Source: an uncultured delta proteobacterium (GTDB lineage Bacteria; Myxococcota; Myxococcia; Myxococcales; Myxococcaceae). From it: a stretch of 64,000 nucleotides of DNA. Position 1 is the stretch's first letter; every line of letters begins with the position of its first letter. Made by a program: the position numbers and the translations under genes. Positions 58,934-64,000 of the stretch are shown here, in pieces. The DNA lies in NCBI GenBank assembly GCA_963771175.1, contig CAVYSY010000040.1:352001-416000 (forward strand), in the 5' to 3' direction. The notes under the pieces are model-generated. The model did not search any database. It was not told the origin of the DNA and was given only the letters and a program-made list of their open reading frames with translations.

Positions 58934-59661
58934 CCGTCTACTAGGTCGAGATAGATCTGACGCTTCCATGGGCTCATCGCCGCGATGCTCTCTTCACTCC
59001 AGCCGTACACCTTCGCGATCGCGTGAACCTCCCCCAGCAGCCGGCGGACCCAAGCATCGAGCCGCGCCCACAGGAACGAATCCACCTCCAGGGCCGACGA
59101 CCACGCGTGGCCGCAACTGCCGCACTGCAAGCCGAAGTCGAGGGCCGCCAGTGGATCGTACTCCTCCATCCGGGCGCTGATGCCCGCGGCCACCTCGGGC
59201 GGCGCCAGGGAAATGCTCGTGGCCTCCTGTCCGCGGCGGCACGTGATGACACACCGCTGGAGCAGCGTGTCCCTCGCCACCGCCACGTCGCGCTCGCCCT
59301 GCACCGCATCCACATCCGCTTCGGTCGGGAGCCGGAACGAGACGTCCCACTTCCCCACTTGGAGCTGCGCGGGCTCCGCCGGGGCGACACGCTCCTGCGC
59401 CAAGATTTCCTCCGCGTCGAGCTCCAGCTCCAGCTCCTCACCGCAGGCCGGACAGGTCGTGCTACAGGCCAACCGCAGGCCGAACATCGCCGTGTGCAGG
59501 CGCAGGAGCTGGGCGTTGGCTCTTCCGATTTCGAGCTGCTCGGGAGCGCGCCCGCCGGGGGAGCCGGCGGCGGTCAGCAACTCCCGGCGGCGTCCGCGAG
59601 GAGGACTGGACGCCGCCCGCTCCCACAGCTCCAGCCACGCGAGGGCGCCCGTACGGCTCAC
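58930..59661 (-). CDS. T4 gp26-like hub/tail assembly chaperone with two CxxC pairs
   Basis: CPACGE, FRLPT..D, DP.A, CGSCGHAW, EVH.IA..YGWSE..I. Confidence 0.7.
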   Translation of the reverse strand: MSRTGALAWLELWERAASSPPRGRRRELLTAAGSPGGRAPEQLEIGRANAQLLRLHTAMFGLRLACSTTCPACGEELELELDAEEILAQERVAPAEPAQLQVGKWDVSFRLPTEADVDAVQGERDVAVARDTLLQRCVITCRRGQEATSISLAPPEVAAGISARMEEYDPLAALDFGLQCGSCGHAWSSALEVDSFLWARLDAWVRRLLGEVHAIAKVYGWSEESIAAMSPWKRQIYLDLVDG

Positions 59662-60183
59662 TCAGGCTCACCGAAGCTGGGCTCGCTCGGCTCCTTCACC
59701 TCGTAATCCCGCTCCCAGCCCTCGTTCTCCAGCTTGATGTGCTGGATCGCCACCGCGTTGGCGTTGGCATCCAGATCCGGCAGCGCCTGGAACTCCGAAA
59801 CCCAGCAGCGGTAGAGCTTGTAGGAGATCACCAGCTGCCCCGCCTCGTTGTACATCTCGAGGATGATGTCCTTGCGGAAGTCCTTGAGCGAGACCTCCGA
59901 GCCCAGACCCGAGCCGAGATTCCAGATCTTGTTGGCCCACTTCTCGAACTCGGTGTCATGCGTCACACCGCGCTCGAGCGGTGATGGCGTCGTACTCCGT
60001 CCGTCCGGGAGACTTGCGGCTGGAGCTGGGATCGCCGCCGTCCCGGTGCTTCACCACCTCGGTCGTCCGCTTCAGGGCGCCCACCTTGCTCACGCCCGCG
60101 ACGTACCGCCCGTCCCACTTCACCCGGAACTTGAAGTTCTTGTACGGATCGAGCCGGTACGTATTCACACTGAACGTAGCCAT
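59658..60183 (-). CDS. Tail tube protein (T4 gp19-like, Afp1/5); frameshift near 59975
   Basis: DPYKNFKFRVKWDG, KSPGRTEY.AIT, FEKWAN, DLDANANAVAIQ.IKLENEGWE. Confidence 0.92.
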
Positions 60184-60197
60184 GACGTGATGTCTCC

Positions 60198-62553
60198 TCA
60201 GGCCTCGAGCTGACCGGCGATCTGCTGCAACTGGATGATCACGAACTCCGCCGGTTTGAGCGGCGCGAAACCGACGACGATATTGACGATGCCGCGGTCG
60301 ATGTCCGCCTGGGTCGTCGTCTCGTTGTCGCACTTGACGAAGTAGGCCTCCGCGGGGTGACTTGCCCTGGAACGCGCCTTGCCGGAAGAGACCGTGCATG
60401 AACGTGCCGAGGTTGAGCCGGATCTGGGCCCAGAGCGGCGCGTCGTTGGGCTCGAAGACGACCCACTGCGTCCCGCGGAAGAGGCTCTCCTCGATGTACA
60501 GGGCGAGCCGCCGAATGGGCACGTACTTGTACTCATCCGCCTGCTGATCGGCGCCACGGGTGGTGCGGGCGCCCCAGGCGATCCGGCCGTAGACGGGGAG
60601 CGAGCGCAGGCAGTTGATTCCCAGCGGGTTGAGCACGCCGTTCTCCGCGTCCGTGACGTTATAGGCGAGGCCCTGCACGTTGATCAGGGTGGCCTCGGTG
60701 CCCGCCGGGGCCTTCCAGACGCCGCGGGCGCTGTCGATCCGCGCGTACAGCCCGGCCACGGTGCCGGACGGGGGCAGGCTCCGCAGCCGGTAGTTGTCGA
60801 GCGGATCTGGCACGAGCACGTTGGGCCAGTAGAGGGCCGCGTTGCGCTCCGGCGTCAGCTTGTCCGTCATCCACTCCTTGATGCCTTGGGTCGAGCCCGA
60901 AACGGCTGTTCGGCTGGTGGGGGGATCCACGAGGAAGAAGGCCCGCCGCTTCGTGCAGTAGGCGGTAGCCTGGGAGATGACGGCCAGGGCGTCGGTTTCT
61001 CCCAGGTCGGCCGTGCGCGGGATGCACAGCAGGCTGAAGAAGTTGACGTCCTCGAGCGCGTACAAGCCGGTCTTGGTGGACTCCTCCCCGATGAGCTGCG
61101 TGCCGGTGGGGGCCGATCCGTCCATGCCGGGCGAGGCGCCGGCTTGTCGTCCGTACGTCCCGCCCACGCCCACCGAGTAGCGCTGGACATTGGAGTTCTC
61201 GTTCAGCTTCAGGCGCGCGAGCAGACCCTCGGAAGCAGGCTGCCCCTGGCCGAGCTGGTCCGCGAAGGTGCTCAACGCATCCGTCGTCTCGATGCCGGAG
61301 AGGATCTGGATGCGCCTGCCGACGACGCGGACCGTGGCCCGGGTGAAGGCCGGCAGCGTGCTGGAGGCCCGGATGAGAGACTGGAGGGTGCTGGCCAGCT
61401 CACCGAGCTCCGCGAGCGTGTAGCTGGTCTTCGAGCTCGCCAGGCTGAACGTCGTGGTGGCCGAGGTGGCGCCCCCGGCGACCGCCACCGTCATCTGTAC
61501 GGTGTTCTTCGGGAGGTTGGTCAGGTCGGCCGTGGTGAGGTCGGCCGAGGTATTGCCGCCCGGAGCGGGGCGCAGGGCCGCGGCGGCCTCGCTCTCGCGT
61601 CCGCCGTTGGCCAGGCCGAGCTTCAGCAACTGCGCCGCGTCGGCCTTGGGGGCGCTGAAGACGCGGACGGACGAGCGCTCCTGCGCCGCGCCGGACACTG
61701 CCCCGGCCGTGAAGCGCAGCCGGTTGTTGACCGCCTGCGCGGCAAATTTTTCGTAGGCGGCCGAGCCCGGCTTGATGGCCTTCACCCGAGGGGTGAGAGC
61801 GGCGGCCAGCCCCGTCAGATCCGCCGGCTTGCTCGACGGATCAAACAATTGGATGACGCTCGGTGTATCTCCGTTGATGGAGATGGAGATGTATTGATGA
61901 TTCGCGTCGAGATCGGCAAAGGAGAGCTTCGAGAGATCTCCGGATTCGCTCCAGCCGGACGAGAGGCCCCCGAGCGCCGTCGAGTCGATCTGCTCGTCGC
62001 GGGCGAGGGTGATCAGCGCGGAATTGTTGTTGACGGTGCTGACCGCGTACTGAGCGGAGTTTGAGTCCATGCCCAGGTTGCGGTGCGACTCCGTGCGGCT
62101 CACCACGAGCTGCGTCCCGTTGGACTTGTACTCGGTGACGGTGAGATTGAAGGTCGAGTCTGGATTGCTCGTGGCGTAGTCGACATCGAGCCGGAGGTTG
62201 TTGCCCCAGGCGCCCTCACTGCGCGCCGTGACGGAGAGGACGGACGTCCCGCCGAGGCTCTTCAGGGTCAGCGCGGCCTTGGAGGCGCCATTGGCGGTGC
62301 GCACCACCCACGCCTCGCTGCCGCCGTTGAGGAAGAATTGGCGGACCGCGTAGCTCACCTCGCTGTCGCGGCTCAGCCCACCGAAGGCCCGCTCGAAGTC
62401 ACCAAAGTTGAACAACTGTATGGGCTCTTCGACCGGCCCCTGGGCGGTGAAGCCGACGAAGGCCGTCACGGAGGTACCCACTCCCGTGATGGTACGGACT
62501 CCGCTCGGAATCTCCTCGACGTAGACTCCCGGGTACGTGGGCGCGACAGGCAT
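60198..62553 (-). CDS. Contractile tail sheath protein (Afp2/3/4-like); frameshift near 60355
   Basis: YPGVYVEEIPSG, FFLNGG, PPSG.VAG, RGVWKAPAG, LNPLGINCLR, WGART, VFEPND, GFAPLKPAEFV. Confidence 0.95.
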
Positions 62554-62617
62554 TTGCGTTTCCCCCTCGATGCGCGTTCCACGTCGTCAACCAAAGCTAA
62601 ACGCGCTAGCCCGGATC

Positions 62618-62646
62618 TCTATAAAAAAGCCGGGTTCTACTGTCAA
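62618..62646 (-). promoter_or_regulatory. Sigma70-type promoter for the eCIS operon
   Basis: Minus strand TTGACA-N17-TATAGA, about 65 bp upstream of the sheath ATG, which has a GAGGGGG RBS. Confidence 0.65.
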
Positions 62647-62674
62647 TCGATGAAGTGAGCACGAGGACCCCGCA

Positions 62675-63040
62675 TCACCTGGCAAAAGCCCGGAGCGCCT
62701 CATCCCAACTCAGCCGGGAGCACCGCTCCACCCACCGCGCCACGGTCTCCGCTCCCGTTCTCGCGGCCAGCGCCACCACGGCGGCCTTTTCGAGCGGTGC
62801 ATCGAAACGCTCGCGCGCGTCCCTGGCCAGCTTCTGCACGTCCACGGGGCTGGTCAGGTATGCCACCGCCAGGCCTCCCGGTCGGGTGAGCGCCTCGTAG
62901 GCGCGGCGCAACCGCTGGAACCCCTCCAGATCCTGGTGAGGTGGGTGCCGCGCCAGCGCGGCGAAGTATGCGCTCTTGACGGCGACCGGGTCCATCGTAG
63001 GCGCCAACCCCAATACGGCGAACGGCTCTTCGGGCGTCAT
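62675..63040 (-). CDS. J-domain-like protein (HPP in place of HPD)
   Basis: PFAVLGL...VKSAYFAALARHPP...EGFQRLRRAYEAL. Confidence 0.75.
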   Translation of the reverse strand: MTPEEPFAVLGLAPTMDPVAVKSAYFAALARHPPHQDLEGFQRLRRAYEALTRPGGLAVAYLTSPVDVQKLARDARERFDAPLEKAAVVALAARTGAETVARWVERCSRLSWDEALRAFAR

Positions 63041-63041
63041 A

Positions 63042-64000
63042 TCAGCTGCTCTCCTCCCCTTCCTCCGGAGAGACAGCCTTCGGGGGGCTTCTCTCGGACT
63101 CCTTCGGTGGCGCCGCACCCTCCGCGGCGGGCTTCTTCTTCGAGCGTGACGCACGGCGCGCCGTGGTGCTCGCGGCCTTCTTCTTCCGCGAAGCCCCGCG
63201 CTTGCGCAGCCGGTGCCCATGCTCGTGCGCCAACGCCTGCGCCTGCTCCACCACCGGGGCATGGAGAGCGGGTAACTGCTCCGACAGGGCCCGCATGAAG
63301 GCCTCCAGCACCGGGTGGAGGTACTTGCAAGGGGTGTTCATCCTCCCGGCGGCCACCACCGCCTCGGCGAGCGCCAGCACATTGGCGGCGCGGCGCTCCA
63401 GCCAGCGTTCCAGAATGCGCCTGGCGAGCGCCTCCCGACCGAACACCTCCATCGTACGGAGCGCCTCGATATGCCCCGTGTTCCCAGGATGGGCCTCCAG
63501 GTACCGCACGGCGGCATCCCATGCCTCGGCATCCGAGGAAGCATGGCGCACCGCCTCCTCGAGGAACTCCACCTGGTAGGTCAGCACCCTGGGAGCGAAC
63601 CGGCGCCAGATGCGCAGGCCGTTCCCGGTCAGCTTCATCGAGGAGTAGACCTGCTCCATCGCTCCCTCCATCCCCATCAGCATCCGCTCTGCCTCCTCCA
63701 TGTTCCGCGCGCCGCGCAGCAGCCGCTCCAACTGCCGTCCTCCCTGCTTCATCCGACTGCGGTCCAGCAGGATACAGACGGCTTCGCTGAGTTCCCTCCG
63801 AAGCTCCTCGGTCGCGTCCTCCCAGCAGACATCCACCCATGACTCCACCAGGTCCGGTGCGCAGGTAGAGGCCACGCACTCGATCAACTCCATCCGCTCA
63901 GAGGGCACGGCCCCACCCAGCCAGGACAGCAGGGAAGAGGCCTCCGTAGCGACCAGCCGGCCCAAGCCCTCCTGGAGCCACCCGGGTGCGTTTGGCGCCT
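63042..64000 (-). CDS. Hypothetical helical protein, 5' partial, with a Lys/Arg-rich tail
   Basis: Open frame running to the window edge; ends 1 bp before the J-domain gene start. Confidence 0.6.
   Translation of the reverse strand, partial: APNAPGWLQEGLGRLVATEASSLLSWLGGAVPSERMELIECVASTCAPDLVESWVDVCWEDATEELRRELSEAVCILLDRSRMKQGGRQLERLLRGARNMEEAERMLMGMEGAMEQVYSSMKLTGNGLRIWRRFAPRVLTYQVEFLEEAVRHASSDAEAWDAAVRYLEAHPGNTGHIEALRTMEVFGREALARRILERWLERRAANVLALAEAVVAAGRMNTPCKYLHPVLEAFMRALSEQLPALHAPVVEQAQALAHEHGHRLRKRGASRKKKAASTTARRASRSKKKPAAEGAAPPKESERSPPKAVSPEEGEESS

Larger units (their letters stand above)
40238..62553 (-). other. Extracellular contractile injection system (eCIS; Afp/PVC/MAC-like) operon
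   Basis: Co-directional, tightly coupled sheath, tube, DUF4255, AAA+, tube initiator, LysM, hub, spike, PAAR-like, gp25, two baseplate J, Afp12-like and DUF6519 genes. No capsid, terminase, integrase or T6SS membrane complex. Confidence 0.93.

Noticed and set aside
59956..60360. Sheath-tube fusion suggested by the 865-aa ORF
   Set aside because: A frameshift near 60355 causes read-through. The true sheath C-terminus (PLKPAEFV) ends at 60198, and the tube has its own RBS and ATG at 60183.
40238..62553. Prophage, T6SS or R-type tailocin
   Set aside because: No capsid, terminase, portal, integrase or lysis genes, and no TssJLM/ClpV. The Afp15-like ATPase, DUF4255, DUF6519 and DUF4157 point to an eCIS.

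Overview
High-GC window that looks myxobacterial (Cystobacterineae-like gene content: TIGR02266-type PilZ protein, Cys-rich lipoprotein, Pkn-type kinase). Scattered single-base frameshifts look like long-read errors. Contents from left to right: (1) housekeeping genes (DEAD/DEAH helicase, ppc, GNAT, 2-oxoacid dehydrogenase E1 alpha/beta); (2) a co-directional six-gene cluster at 9.8-21.6 kb that reads as a trans-envelope partner-switching system: HAMP-SpoIIE phosphatase, exported TPR protein, periplasmic binding protein, TonB-dependent receptor with a CxxCH motif, RsbW-like GHKL protein, and a 2x(STAS-Zn ribbon) membrane Ser/Thr kinase; (3) accessory genes, including a degenerate DAC-like protein, TetR with a perfect operator, a GTPase, a protein of 13 tandem 99-aa repeats, and two histidine kinases; (4) a DUF4157 polymorphic toxin with a C-terminal PD-(D/E)xK motif and a coupled candidate immunity gene; (5) a ~22 kb extracellular contractile injection system (eCIS) operon on the minus strand with a sigma70-like promoter; (6) a J-domain-like gene and a partial CDS. 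I saw no rRNA, tRNA, CRISPR array or IS element. All family calls come from motif recognition by eye, not from database searches.
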